A DNA stretch of 64,000 bases from Octopus sinensis (Eukaryota): the NCBI RefSeq assembly GCF_006345805.1, contig NC_043008.1, positions 70,680,001-70,744,000 of the forward strand, given 5' to 3'. A model generated the notes under the pieces. The model saw nothing but the letters and a program-made list of their open reading frames with translations. It searched no databases and had not been told where the DNA came from. Positions 12,701-27,645 of the stretch are shown piece after piece (within the stretch, counting starts at the first letter, position 1; each line of letters starts with the position of its first letter). A program made the position numbers and the translations under genes.

Positions 12701-13910
12701 TATATGTGCATGGGCCGCTTATTGATAAACATCGACAACAAACTCGTATTTACGAAGGATTTCCCTTGCAATGTGTCATCAACCTTCTTGTCCTATCGCA
12801 TCCAAAATTTAATTTAATCGATATTTTCCACTGTCCCTTTCTATACGGGTAAGGCAATATAGTGATCTTGTGGTGGAAATGATGATGACGTTCACGTAAG
12901 AACTAGAGCCGTCGATGAGGACGAAGCAGGTGTCTGTTTCGGAGGACATTCTCGATAACTTTCAGATATCTCTGACCGGTTAGTGCTACTAAGGGGAACT
13001 GCCAGATCAGTGCAACTTCTACAGGTACGGAAGTATAGCTATAAGACGGGTCTCTTAAGATGGGCACAGTGTAACGAAACCGTACTTCACGCTCTGCTGC
13101 AGTCTCTGAGCATTGATAACTTTAAGAATTATGTCGAACCGCTGCTATCGAGGGTAGGACAAATCTGAGTATCGATCGATTTCATTGAGAGGATTGCCCA
13201 CCAGTCGAATTTTAATTAGGTAGCGCAGCTGGAGTTCCTCTGTCTAGTTGCGGTGGCGAAAAAGGTTGTGCGATGGACGAGGCAGAATGGATTGAAGACT
13301 AATACTTTCCTCTTCGGTCAAGCACTCAGCGATTATCTTAAGTTCCAGGATTAAAGGAAAATCATTCTCAGAAAATTTATCAAAAGCTGGGTGACTGGTA
13401 AATATGGTTAGGGTGAATGAATTGGTCGAAGCCTGAGGCATTGTTGATCACGATGGCCCTAGATCTGTAAGGTTTCCTTTGTGGGAAGTTCCCCTGTATC
13501 AGAACTGCACCGTACTTCTGTTTACATAGTTTGTATACTGTAAATGCTTTTATCTCATTTCTTCCCATCATATTTTAGGTAACCCACTACACACATTGTA
13601 ACATTTCTCTACAATGTAACCCCTCATCTCATTCACCTGTGCCAAATAAGATAAATTGCTATATCATGAAAAAATCTCATATTTTATTGGGTGAGATGGA
13701 AAGTGTCAATTGTTACAGCCAGCAGACTAAGGTGACACTTGTTTTACTGATCATGCTTCAACAACTCTACATGACCCTTTCTTCGAAATCGCTGACCTTG
13801 TACTAAAATTAGAAAGACTTTTCTATATTTCACTGTTCTATATTTTAGAGATGAAGAATTCTGTACAATATCTACATTGGATGGATATGTGTGCCCATCT
13901 TATTTGTTGT

Positions 13911-13957
13911 TACCACAACGTTTCGGCTGTTTACTCTCCAGCTTTCATCAGGTGTCC
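13911..13957 (-). ncRNA. Minimal type I hammerhead ribozyme motif (Penelope pLTR type), degenerate
   Basis: Minus strand GGACAC-CTGATGA-AAGCTG-gagagtaaa-CAGCC-GAAAC-GTT-GTGG. Core intact, palindromic ACGT helix III, one mismatch at the helix II base and a weak helix I. Confidence 0.55.
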
Positions 13958-14030
13958 TGGTAGAATTTTGAACCCAACCCTGGGTTCTCATTCCTAAAGC
14001 ATTGTTTTGTTGATGTTATTATTATTATTA

Positions 14031-14069
<39 letters not shown>

Positions 14070-14699
14070 CAATTAATTAATTAAAGGCACTGCCTGGAAT
14101 TGAACTCGCAATCTGAGGCTTAGCCCACGCTCTTATCCATTACGCTATATGTCCGTGAGCATATAGAAAGATTTATTGTCAGTAGCTCTTCTGTGCACAT
14201 ATAGCATTATTGTTTGACTGTGCATTTGAAGTGAATTGTGGTTCCTTTATCAGTTTAAGGTCTTTAAATTGCACATTTTGACGTGGGAGATACCATCAAA
14301 ATACAAATGTTATCAGATAAGAGTCCGAAAAATTATTTACGAAATTTTAAAAATTAAATTTATGAAATTGTGTGAGAAAAACGAGACTAGAGGGGGAAAA
14401 ATGGATTAAGAAAAATAGAAAGAAATTGAGAAAATTTACGAAAGACTACTCTCTGTCTCTTGTTCAAAACCGGACAAAGGAATTGTTATTACCAGTGCCG
14501 CGATCACATATGCGAGTGGTAGCACAGCATCATGTAGTGTTAGGGACGGCTGCAGGAACAACTACAAGAACAAGAATACTACTTACCACCAGCCACCAGT
14601 ATTAACAAGCAGCAACTCTCCCGGCAATGGAAGCCGGACCGATGGAAAAAAAATGCAATTGCATCTAAGTAGCAGGATTAAAGATGTCGCCACAACAAC

Positions 14700-14912
14700 A
14701 GTGACAAGCAGCAACAAAAAGTGACTGCATCATCATCGTCGTCGACTCCCCCCCTCGCCACCACCACCGCCACCACCACCACCACCAGCACTACCACCAG
14801 CACTACCACCAGCACCACCGCCACCACCACCACCACCACCACCACCACCTCCACCGCCACCACCACCACCACCACCACAAACATCATCATCATCATCATC
14901 ATCCCCACAAAC

Positions 14913-14955
<43 letters not shown>
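14700..14955. repeat. (CAC)n/(CAT)n compound microsatellite
   Basis: Direct reading. Confidence 0.95.
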
Positions 14956-14956
<1 letters not shown>

Positions 14957-15620
14957 GAGCAATAGCGACTGCATGGTTTCTGCAAAAACTGATACTTTTA
15001 TAAAGAGTTGCAGGATTAATTAAAGAAGTTTCTCTAGAATGGAAGCAGAATGTACCGAAGAAAGATGAAAGGATTAGCTGGCATTCTCAGTACGTCCATG
15101 TCTTAGTGGAAATCATTAGCAGAATGATGACATACAGTGCTTGGCACTTTACATCCTTATAGCTCGGGGAATACATTTAATATTTGTTCTTAGTTGTCAG
15201 AGTAATCTTGAATATCTGGGGCTAGGTTCATCGATTGGTTGATGATGCAATATCACATCTAAGTCCTTCTGTATACTGTGATTTCCCGGGTTTGCTTTTA
15301 TTTCGTAATCGATTCTCCGAAAATATTCTACAGATTTTAACATATTGACCTCATAACACATTGTGGCAACTATAAAATTAGTGTTGCTGATGCTGTTGAT
15401 GTTGATGTCGTTGCTGTTGTCGTTGATATTGCCATCGTCATCGTCGTCCACCTCCTCCTCCTCCTCCTCCTCCTCTTCCTCTAGCATTTTGTCTGTCTCA
15501 CGTTCGGAGTTCAACTTTCGCTGAATTCGACTTCACCTTTCCATCTTTCGGTGGCGTACTGAGGTCGATGTAATCGACTAACATCTTCTCAGTGCCTACT
15601 GTAGTAAGGATCATTATCAT

Positions 15621-15653
<33 letters not shown>

Positions 15654-15678
15654 TATTATTATTATTATTATTATTATT

Positions 15679-16114
15679 GAGTGAGAGATGGCAGTGCATA
15701 CCATCAAACTGGGGTAAAATATACGAAGCCCAGCTGACTACCCGGCTGATAAGGGTACACTAGGCACATGCATCACCACCATATGTGCGCGACATGGTGA
15801 TCTCATATCAAGATAAACAGTTTATGACCTCGCAGGTGGGGCCCAGTTAGAATTTTCTTCTAGTTGAGTAACCCATCCTGCTCAAAAGGTCCCTGAATAA
15901 GGGTTGCTTAAGGATGTTGAACGAAACACCCATGTTTCCAGAGGTGAATTATTCAAACCCCAAAGAATTCCTCTCAACACATGGCTATGATGCTCCCCCA
16001 CTACTTCTGCTCGTGATCAGAGATGCACATATCGTTAGCCACAAAGGGACATGATCAAATGGTTAAGGTCAAGCAACTGACAAGGAAATCTGTGGTATTG
16101 AGCAGAATATTTGC
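15679..16114 (-). mobile_element. ~550-bp non-coding (TAA)n-associated retro-element, 5'-truncated copy
   Basis: Near-identical to copies at 19991, 20564, 28913 and 56197. Constant end (...ctctctcactc) joined to (AAT)n, variable other end. Confidence 0.85.
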
Positions 16115-16119
16115 CCATC

Positions 16120-16150
<31 letters not shown>

Positions 16151-16170
16151 TATTATTATCATTATTATAA

Positions 16171-17853
16171 AATTTTTTTTTCTTCTTTCAAATTTGCTTC
16201 CATTTCTTGCCGAGTGTCTTCCCGACTCCTAGGGCAAAGAAACTCATAGTATACATTGGTAGGCCATTAAACCAAACTCAGTAGTTCGTACATTTTTTTT
16301 TTTTTTTTAAAGTTAAATTAAAATACATGAACAGCAACAGTTCTCACATCGACAATGCTCTTCTCAATACGTGTGATGTACCAGTTAAGACAATCTTTTG
16401 CACTTCTTGCAGGGATGGTAAGCCAGGGATCATTCTCATATAATTTTCGGTTCCCTTCTTGATCATTCCTAGTGCTCCTACGATCACTGGTATTGTAACC
16501 GCCTTGAGATGCCACATTTTCTCAATTTCAATGAGTAGGTCTTTATATTTTCTGAGCTTGTCAAACTCTTTCGCTCAGATATTATGATCACAGGGGATGC
16601 TCATGTCGATCAATAAGCAAACTTTATTGTTTTGGTCTTTCACAACAATATCTGGTTTATTGGCCTTGATGGTTCGGTCTGTATGTACTGGAAAGTCCCA
16701 CAGAATGGTTACATTTTCTCCTTCAGTTACAGCCTCAGGGTGGTGATTATACCACTTGTCGGCAGTTGCAGAATCGGCATTTTGGATCTGCTCCATTTTT
16801 CATCACATTGGCCTGGTAGTTCCGGGTTAATAGGCTTTGATCTTGAGCAGCCAGGATGAAACCTTCGCTCTCTGCTTTTAGCCCTGAGCTCCGTAGCCAC
16901 TGATGGGTTTGCTTCTGGTCAACACCAGCTTGTTTGCTGCGGGCCACATATTTGCCGTGCAGAGGTTTCTCCTCCCACCTATCAGCCAATTGCTCGTGCG
17001 CTTTTTTCGTTGCCATTATTTTCACCTTCTTTGCAACAATAGTTGCCGTACATCCCTCGGGTTGTTCAGTTTGGGTATCCTGCACGAGATCAATAGCAAA
17101 GTTTTTGCTTTCCTTTATGATAGAATGAAGCTTCTTTCGTCTCTCGTGATTTTCCACGAGCTTTAGCATTCAGTCATTCGTTATTTCAAGATATTTGGCC
17201 AGTCCAATTGTGGTTGTTTTGTAAGCTAGTTCAAATTGGATCAGGCCTCGACCTCCTTGGGCTCTGGGAAGGTAAAGGCGATCTACGTCTGCCTTTGGGT
17301 GGTGCATCCTATTACAACTCAGCAGCTTGCGTATTTTCCTATCTATATTCTTTACTTCACTCATATTCCAGTTCAACATATTGTAGCTATAAGTAACAAC
17401 TGGAACTGCTAAGGAATTTATAGCTAACACCTTGTTACGTGCATTTAGTTCAGATTTCAGGACTGCACGAACTCTCCTATAACATTCCTTCCTGATCTTC
17501 TCTTTCATGCTTGCATGCTGAATACCAGAGCCTTCATTTATCCCTAAATATTTGTATGTTTGTTCTTGCTCAAGCTCTCTTATGACTGTCAATATCTAAC
17601 ACGACTGAATTTGTGGTCTTCACTTTCCCTTTCTGGAAAGTGGCCTTGGCACACTTCTCAAGTCCAAACTCTATCCCGATGTCATCGCTGAATGCTTTCA
17701 CAGTGCGCAATAGGCCTTAAAGTTCATTATTGTCTTTACCATAGAGTTTTAAGTCATCCATATAAAATAGATGGCTTATTTTTTTATTGGCAATTTTATA
17801 CCCATACCCTGTTCTGTTTAATTCACTTGTAAGGGGTATTAGGGCTATGCAGA

Positions 17854-17854
<1 letters not shown>
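16171..17854 (-). mobile_element. R4/Dong-clade LINE (family B), 5'-truncated, internal deletion
   Basis: FCIALIPL, SHLFYMDDLKL, YKYLGINEG, LYLPRAQGGRGL, WLRSSGLKAESEGFILAAQDQSL, CRFC joined directly to TADKWY (second half of the CCHC finger missing), ANKPDIVVKD, LLIDMSIP (restriction-like endonuclease). Both ends lie in (TAA)n. Confidence 0.92.
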
Positions 17855-17890
<36 letters not shown>

Positions 17891-17919
17891 TTATTATTAT
17901 TATTATTATGCCAAATTTA

Positions 17920-17950
<31 letters not shown>

Positions 17951-18068
17951 GCCAAATTTATTATTATTATTATTATTATTATTAATATTACTATTATTGT
18001 TGTTGTTGTTGCTGTTGTTGTTGTTGCTGTTGTTGTTGTTGCTGTTGTTGTTGTTGTTGTTATTATTA

Positions 18069-19990
<1,922 letters not shown>

Positions 19991-20461
19991 GAGTGAGAGA
20001 GCAGTGCATGCCATCAAAGTGACACTGGGGTAAAATATACGAAGCCCAGTATACCCATCATGACTACCCGTCTTATAAGGGTACACTAGGCACATGCATC
20101 ACAACCATATGTGCGCGACATGGTGATCTCATATCAAGATAAACAGCACATGACCTTGCAGGTGGGGCCCAGTTAGAATTTTCTTCAGGTCGAGTAGCCC
20201 ATCCTGCTCAAAAGGTCCCTGAATAAGATTTGCTTTAGGATGTTGAACGAAACACCCATGTTTCCAGAGGTGAATTATTCAAACCCCAAAGAATCCCTCT
20301 CAACACATGGCTATGATGCTCCCCCACTACTTCTGCTCGTGATCAGAGATGCACATATCGTCAGCCACTAAGGGACATGCTCAACTGGTTAAGGTCAAAC
20401 AACTGACAAGCAAATCTGTGGTATTGAGCAGAATATTTGCTGTAGCCCATCTTTTATACCA
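19991..20461 (-). mobile_element. ~550-bp (TAA)n-associated retro-element copy
   Basis: Same family as 15679, flanked by (TTA)n and (TTC)n on the plus strand. Confidence 0.88.
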
Positions 20462-20499
20462 TTCTTCTTCTTCTTCTTCTTCTTCTTCTTCTTCTTCTT

Positions 20500-20558
<59 letters not shown>

Positions 20559-20563
20559 CATTA

Positions 20564-20994
20564 AGTGAGAGAGCAGTTCATGCCATCAAAGTGACACTGG
20601 GGTAAAATATACGAAGCCCAATATACCCATCATGACTACCCGTCTGATAAAGGTACACCAGGCACATGCATCACAACCATATGTGCGCGACATGGTGATC
20701 TCATACCAAGATAAACAGCACATGACCTTGCAGGTGGGGCCCAGTTAGAATTTTCTTCAGGTTGAGTAGCCCATCCCGCTCAAACGGTCCCTGAATAAGG
20801 GTTGTTTAAGGATGTTGAAAGAACCACCCATATTTCCAGAGGTGAACTATTCAAACCCCAAAGAATCCCTCTCAACACATGGCTATGATGCTCCCCCACT
20901 ACTTCTGCTCGTGATCAGAGATGCACATATCGTCAGCCACTAAGGGACATGCTCAACTGGTTAAGGTCAAACAACTGAGAAGCAAATCTGTGGT
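20564..20994 (-). mobile_element. ~550-bp (TAA)n-associated retro-element copy
   Basis: Same family, flanked by (TTA)n on both sides. Confidence 0.88.
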
Positions 20995-21002
20995 TATTAT
21001 TA

Positions 21003-21070
<68 letters not shown>

Positions 21071-21073
<3 letters not shown>

Positions 21074-22110
21074 ACCATTTCTCTTTGACTTCACCCTTCT
21101 GATATATAACTCAGTTTTAGTTTTCATTTCTATAGTTAGTACAGTACTCTGTCAGATTCTAATACTCTTTGATACCTACAACTCTTCCTTTCTTTCAGTG
21201 ATTTCATCTGGTAATTGGATGCCTTCTTTGCTAACTACCCGTACCTTTTTTTTTTACTAATATTGCATAATTACCTCTGCTGAATTCCATGCCTCTATCT
21301 TTGTTGAAGACCCTTACAGTTTGTGTCAATATATCTATCTCGTTTTCATTCTTACTAAGCTTCAGATCATCCATGTAGAGCAAATGGTTAATTTTTTCTT
21401 TACTACTTCTCAACTGGTACCATGCCTTTGCGTTCCTTAATGCTAAACTGAGGGGGATAAAACATGACAAATATTAAGGGAGATAACGAGTCTTCTTGGA
21501 AAATTCCTCTTTTGATATAAACTTTCCCTAAGTCTGTATCTTCTGAGTAGTTATCTACTTTCCATTTCTTCAGCTAATTAGTTCTCTTATATTGTCTGCG
21601 GTACTGAATATGCTCGAACATTCATTTATCCATGAGTGTGAAATCATGCCATAGCCTTTCTTATAATCTATTCAATCTATTATTAAACTTTTCTTTTTAG
21701 ATTTTCCTCCATTTAGAACTGCTTTGTGTATTTATACTAGGTCATGCATTACTCTAGCCTTCTTCCTAGAACCTTTCTGTTCTTCTGGTAGCAAATTCTG
21801 GCTGCTAAGGCGTTCATAAATGCTTTGTGAGAGCATTCCTGTGAACAACCGCCGCACAAATGGTAAGCTAGTAATTTATCTATAATTACTAGCTGTATTA
21901 CCCTTTCTTTTCTCTTTCATAAGGAGTATTGTTCTCCCTTCAGTCATCCAATCTGGTATTACTCCTCCATTCTGGCAATCTTCATTTTGTTTTCTCAGTC
22001 TCCCATGTAAGCTACAAAATTTATTTAATCAGTACCTTTGAACTAAATCTGGTCCTGGGCCCTTCCAATTCGGTGTTTTCCTCAAACTTTACTCATTAAT
22101 GCACTAGTTA
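21071..22110 (-). mobile_element. R4/Dong-clade LINE RT fragment (third family), decayed
   Basis: Minus-strand remnants GPDLVQRYWL, PDWMTEGRTI, RPITSL, KRGIFQEDSLSPL, KINHLLYMDDLKL. Cut at its 3' side by (AAT)n. Confidence 0.8.
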
Positions 22111-22129
22111 GTCTTAGATGTGGCTGCAT

Positions 22130-23180
22130 TCGACTGATAATGCTATTCAACTTAAAAAAAAAGAAGACGTAAAACAGTTGAAACTGCTCGCGATATCAAC
22201 GAAATGTTTGGTGAAGAAATGATCAGTGGGTGGTCAGCTCGAAAATATTTTAAATGATTTCGCAGGGGAGACATCTGGACGCCCATCTGTCATCCTGTCA
22301 TCGATGACGGTCAACTAAAGACCGTCATTGAGAAAGATCCACGTAAAATCACTCGAGAATTAGCAAAAGAGCTTCATGTTATCCAGAAAACTGCCAGCAA
22401 CCATTGTATGCAATCGGAAAATGGAAAAGTCTCGACAAACGGGTACCTCACGATTTAAAAAAAAATCAGAAAATGCGCAGATATGAAATTTGCTCATCAC
22501 TTTTGCTCCTTAATTAAACCGATCCATTTCTCGACCGTATTGTAACTTGTGGTGAAAAGTGAATACTGTACAATAATAATAAAAACGTTCTTCGCACCGA
22601 AAACTTTCCCTAAACCGGAACTCTTGCAAAAGAAGATTATGGTGACTGTTTGGTGGTTACTCCTGGACTCACCCACTGTAACTTCTTAAGACCTGGAAAG
22701 ACCATAACTGCAGAAGCATATTGCCATGAAATTGCCAAAATGAGCGAAAAACTGCTACTCCTCCGTTCCCAGACTTGTCAACAGAAGAGGGTAGCGCATT
22801 CTTCATGACGATGCTCGATCACACTTTTCACTAACGACGCTCTAGAAGTTCAGGAAACTTGGCTACGAAGTTCCTTTCCCTACCCAGCTTATTCCCCAGA
22901 TCTTTCTGTTACTGATTATCACTTTTTCAAGCACCATTATGTTTTCCTGCGAGAGAAGGTGTTCCAATTAAAAACGATGCTGAAAGTTCGTTCAAAGAAT
23001 ACATCAGCTTAAGAACTCCAGATTTTTATGTTACTGCAATAAGCAAACTTTTAACTCGTTCGCAAAAATGCGTCGATTGTAATGGACTTAGTTTGGTGAA
23101 TAAAATTTCCGCATTGTTGAAATATATTGTGATGAGTTTCGTGTTTCGAAACGTCAAGTATTATTTACTCAGCCTGATAC
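22130..23180 (+). mobile_element. Degraded mariner transposase (Hsmar1/cecropia-like)
   Basis: Remnants of SGRP, VPHDL, DPFLDRIVTC.EK.ILY, IMVTVWW, H(D)DARSH, PAYSPDLS.TDYHFFK. One TIR-like end near 23150-23180; the 5' end is not found. Confidence 0.85.
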
Positions 23181-23434
23181 ATACATGTATATAGATATAA
23201 TATATATATATATATATTTTATGTGAAATAGAAAGATGAATAATCTTGTAGTAGATTAATCAAAAGTTTAACCGATACCTAGTAGTAAAAAATCACAGCA
23301 GTGCAGAACAGCAGGTGTTGGAGGTACAACCATCTGGCGTAGCAACCGTGCGTTGGTGCGGATAATTGAAATTAAAACATTATTGGTGAATTGAAAAAAT
23401 GGAGCTGAACGCAGATTGAACAGAAATCGTTTTA

Positions 23435-23521
23435 TTTCATTCTACACGTGTTTCGAAAGGCACATTACCAAAATCCGATTGAATAATGGGACCATATTGT
23501 GTCTTTCTCTTCAGGAAGAAA
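23435..23521 (-). ncRNA. Type I hammerhead ribozyme motif, core intact, sense to host pre-mRNA
   Basis: Minus strand TTTCTTC-CTGAAGA-GAAAGACACA-[33 nt]-TGTGCCTTTC-GAA-ACACGTGT-A^GAATGAAA. Core CUGAAGA/GAAA, helix II 9/10 bp, palindromic helix III ACACGTGT, GUA cleavage triplet (cut between 23443 and 23442), helix I 3+4 bp with a bulge. Confidence 0.78.
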
Positions 23522-23873
23522 AAGGAAATCCGTTGGAAAAACAAAAACAGAACAGAGGCAGAGCAAAAAACAAATCGAACTGTGCTCCTAAGAGCCCATG
23601 GCGAAACTGTTTCAGTGTATGTTGAAACCGGTGCTGAAGAATTCAACAGGTCAGTGGCATCGGTCAACATGTGGGTGAGGGTGTATAGACGTTCTTGTGA
23701 CAAGAACGTCTATACACCCTCACCACATTTTTTACGATGCCTGACCTGTTGATTCTTCAGCCACCGTTCTCAACATACACTGATAAACAGTTTCGCCATG
23801 GGCTCTTAGGAGCACAGTTCGATTTGTTTTTTGCTCTGCTCTGTCTGTTTTTGTTTTTCCACGGATTTCCTTT

Positions 23874-23960
23874 TTTCTTCCTGAAGAGAAAGACACAATA
23901 TGGTCCATTATTCAATCGGATTTTGGTAATTTGTGCCTTTCGAAACACGTTAGAATGAAA
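23874..23960 (+). ncRNA. Mirror-copy hammerhead motif with a 1-nt deletion in helix III
   Basis: CTGAAGA at 23881 and GAAAC at 23942. Reads ACACGT-TA instead of ACACGTGTA, so it is probably impaired. Confidence 0.55.
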
Positions 23961-24018
23961 TAAAACGATTTGTTCAATCTGCGTTCAGCTCCTTTCTTCA
24001 ATTCACCAATAATGTTTT

Positions 24019-24052
<34 letters not shown>

Positions 24053-24880
24053 ATATATATATATGGTGTGTGTGTGTAAGTGTGTGTGTATGTATTAATG
24101 CATGTATGAACATATATCTATAGATGTACCTATCTATTTGTAGTATGCCTATGGGTATATATATTTGTACTTGTATGTATGTGTATATGTATGCTTATGT
24201 GTTGGTATAAGTGCATTTATGTATTCATGTGAACATATGCACATGTATTTCGCATGTATAAGTATATAGTTATTTATGCATGCATTTATATACGTGCGTA
24301 CGAGCTGCATATATAAAATGACACCCGTTACTCTTTTATTAATATCTGCGAGCTTTCTCAACCCATGGAGTAACACTTACATTTATATAAATTAATTATC
24401 CATTTATTTACCATTAATTAATTTCATGATGTCTTTTTAACTAAAAATTTATTTTTGACCCAAGATTTTTTTCCAACTCAAGCTTTTCTTCGAGCTTATA
24501 CAATGCGATATTTATGTAATTTTATTTTTTATTTTTATTCTTAATTTAATTTTTATTTTATTTTATTTTCTATTTATATATTTACTGTCTCAACTTGCAT
24601 ACTTCTGAAAGACTGTTAGTGGAAATAACCGATAAAATTCAAATGTGTGTCTGTCAATGTGAATCGTATCAAAACATACATTATACGTACGACCTCAATT
24701 TTTATTCCATTCCTGATCACGACTGCCCAATGAAAGGGAACGTGAAACTCTGAGTAGCACTATTTTGTAATATTTCTGCTATGATTTTGCCCTTGTAATA
24801 ATAAAGCATATGACTCTATCTCCGTTATTCGAGTACTGTTTTTCCAACCTTGTTTCACGTTTGTGTGCCTACTCGGGATT

Positions 24881-24926
<46 letters not shown>

Positions 24927-24981
24927 TGTATATATTTATACATATATATATATATATATATATGTCATATATGTACATATA

Positions 24982-25012
<31 letters not shown>

Positions 25013-25118
25013 GCATATGTATATGTGTATATATATGTATATATACATAAAGTAGATAAATGGTACAGCAAAGCACCAATATATGTATAATTTTACCCTT
25101 TACTGGAAAGTATTACGT

Positions 25119-25170
<52 letters not shown>

Positions 25171-25182
25171 GTATACATATAT

Positions 25183-25233
<51 letters not shown>

Positions 25234-25289
25234 TTATATATATATATATCATTCTTCCTCCTCTTCTCTTTTTCTCTCATTCTCGTTGC

Positions 25290-26143
25290 TCACACGAGAC
25301 CATCGTTCAACTTTCTTTTCCTGCATGGACGTTTAAAGGAACGGACGTGTTTTTGTCTCTCTCTTTTCAAAAAAATGTTTCTCTCAGCGTTCACTATTTT
25401 CCTCCAGTTCTGGTCTAACGACCTTCTATGTTTGTTTTCGTTCGGTCTCCACTGTAATTTTCTTGTTCCCAAGAAATTTCTTGTGCAATACACGCACCCA
25501 CGCACACACACACGCTCCATGAAACTTCAATTTTATTTTTTAGAATTTATGGAAGCAACTATCTTTGAAGACGCATATTGTCGTATTATGCTCGAAATGA
25601 GTAGATAGACAGCCGATGAAGGGTCCTGTTTCCCATATTTTCTCGTGTTTATGTGTTTCACTTTTTCCCTCGTTTGCTTACGTATTTCATGTTATCTGAA
25701 CCGTTGGGGACGTCCTGTACCCATATATGCGTATATGTATGTATATATATTCTTTTACTTGTTTCAGTCGTTTGACTGCGACTATGCTGGAGCACCGCCT
25801 TTGGTCAAACTAATCGACTCCGGAACTTATTCTTCGTAAGCCTAGTACTTATTCTATCCGTCCCTTTTGGTACCCCGTCAGTTATGGGAGACGTAAACAC
25901 ACGAACATCTGTTGCCAAGCGATAGCGGGGTGACAGACACAGACAGACAAACCTATACACACACATATATATATATATATATATATTATGAGGTTCTGTC
26001 AGTTTCCGTATACCAAATCCACTCACAAGGCTTTGGACAGCCGAAAGCTATAGTAGAAGACAATTGCAGAAGATGCCAGGCAGTGGGGTGGAACCGAGGA
26101 CCATGTGGTTGGTGAGCAAGCTACTCACCACACAGCCACTCCT

Positions 26144-26202
<59 letters not shown>

Positions 26203-26825
26203 ATTTATTATTTATTATTTAATTGAATGCGACGCATCCCACATTTTTTATGCCACTTTCTACTCTTCACTGTTTTCATCCTCCATCCATCTCAAATTCC
26301 CTTTTCTCCCCTTTCTCCTTCACCGTTTTCTATCGGTCTCTCTCACTTTCTCCCCTTTTTTCTTTTTTCTATCTCTCTCTAGTTACTCACACGTGACTAT
26401 CGTCCATCTTTCCTTTCCTCACATGACCATCTTTTCTTCTCACACGCACGTTTAAAGAAGCGTACGTCTCTCTCTCTCTCTCTCTCTCACTCTTCCATCT
26501 TTTCTCTTTTCAAAAAATGTTTCTCAAAGCGTTCACTATTTTCCTCGCGTTCTGGTCTAACGACCCGCCACGTTTGTTTTTCTTCGATTCCCTTGTATGT
26601 TTCCATTGTCATTTTTTTTTTGTTTTCCAGCTTTGAACCTCTATAAACCTTAAATTTTACTTTAGAATTTATGGGAGCAACTGTCTTTGAAGAGTCATAT
26701 TGTTGTTGAATGCTCGAAATGAGGAGTAGATAGACAGCAAACAACTGATGATGTGTTAACTTTTTTTTTCATTTTTTTTCTCTTGCTTACGTATTTCATG
26801 TTATTTGGTGAAGTTCTGTAACCAT
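25290..26825 (+). repeat. Diverged ~440-bp direct repeats (25290-25730, 26385-26825), Penelope pLTR-like, with a SINE between them
   Basis: Shared blocks ttttcaaaaaa(a)tgtttctc...gcgttcactattttcctc...ttctggtctaacgacc and tttagaatttatgg.agcaact.tctttgaaga..catattgt...atgctcgaaatgag..tagatagacagc, the latter with hammerhead-like (T)TGAAGA...GAAA spacing. Confidence 0.7.
25751..26147 (-). mobile_element. tRNA-derived SINE, family S1
   Basis: Full head-to-tail match to the 3984 copy. Tail ggcggtgctccagcatagtcgCAGTCaaacGACTGaaac. Confidence 0.88.
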
Positions 26826-26883
26826 ATGTTACTTACTATTATATACATACATACATACATACATACATACATACATACATACA

Positions 26884-26952
<69 letters not shown>

Positions 26953-26954
26953 AC

Positions 26955-27562
26955 CAGGATGGTGACAAAGTGCAGACGACTGGCTGGTTGGATCCTGAGA
27001 ACATTCAGAACCTGAGATATGGAAACCATGGTGGTCCTCTGGAGGACATTTGTCCTCAGCTGCCTGGATTACTGCTCCCAGCTATACTCACCCAACAATG
27101 TAAAATTAATAGCGGACCTTGAAGCAATCCAGTGAAGCTTCACAAAGAAGATCATCTCTTTGCAACGGCTCAGCTACTAGAAAGGCTGAAACAGCTAAGA
27201 CTCTACACCAATGCCAGAATGATTCGCTACTGCTCAGTGTCAAAGATACCAGCAATGCCATCACGTTTCAGGATCAGTTACTGCAACAACTTGGGTTTCA
27301 GGGGCCCACAGCTTTATAATATTCTCCTAAAGAGCCAGAGGAAACTGCACAAAGTAGATGTAGGCGTTTTTAAATCAAGGCTGGACCTCTTCCTGTCGTG
27401 AGTCACATATGAACCTATCTCATGGAAAGAGATGCAAATGAGGGTAGCTACATCAAACTCCATTTTACACCAAGTGCCACATATTAGAGGAGAATCTCAG
27501 TAATAATAGTGTAGCAAAATGGCGGTGCTCCAGCATGACCACAGATATAAGCTGAAACTACA
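26955..27562 (+). mobile_element. CR1-clade LINE family 2, 3' fragment
   Basis: Collinear with 52555-53240 (KCRRLAGWILRTF, DYCSQL.SP, LGFRGPQL.NIL, FKSRLDLFLS) and has the same 3' tail. Confidence 0.85.
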
Positions 27563-27566
27563 ATAT

Positions 27567-27645
<79 letters not shown>

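Larger units (their letters stand above)
23374..24018. repeat. Near-perfect ~645-bp palindrome (head-to-head Penelope-type pLTRs)
   Basis: 23374-23698 is the reverse complement of 23700-24018 with few differences. The centre gttcttgt-g-acaagaac has a 1-nt spacer at 23699. Confidence 0.95.

Noticed and set aside
12720-13620. Possible coding remnant on the minus strand
   Set aside because: Fragmentary frames with no motif I can assign; probably an old TE.
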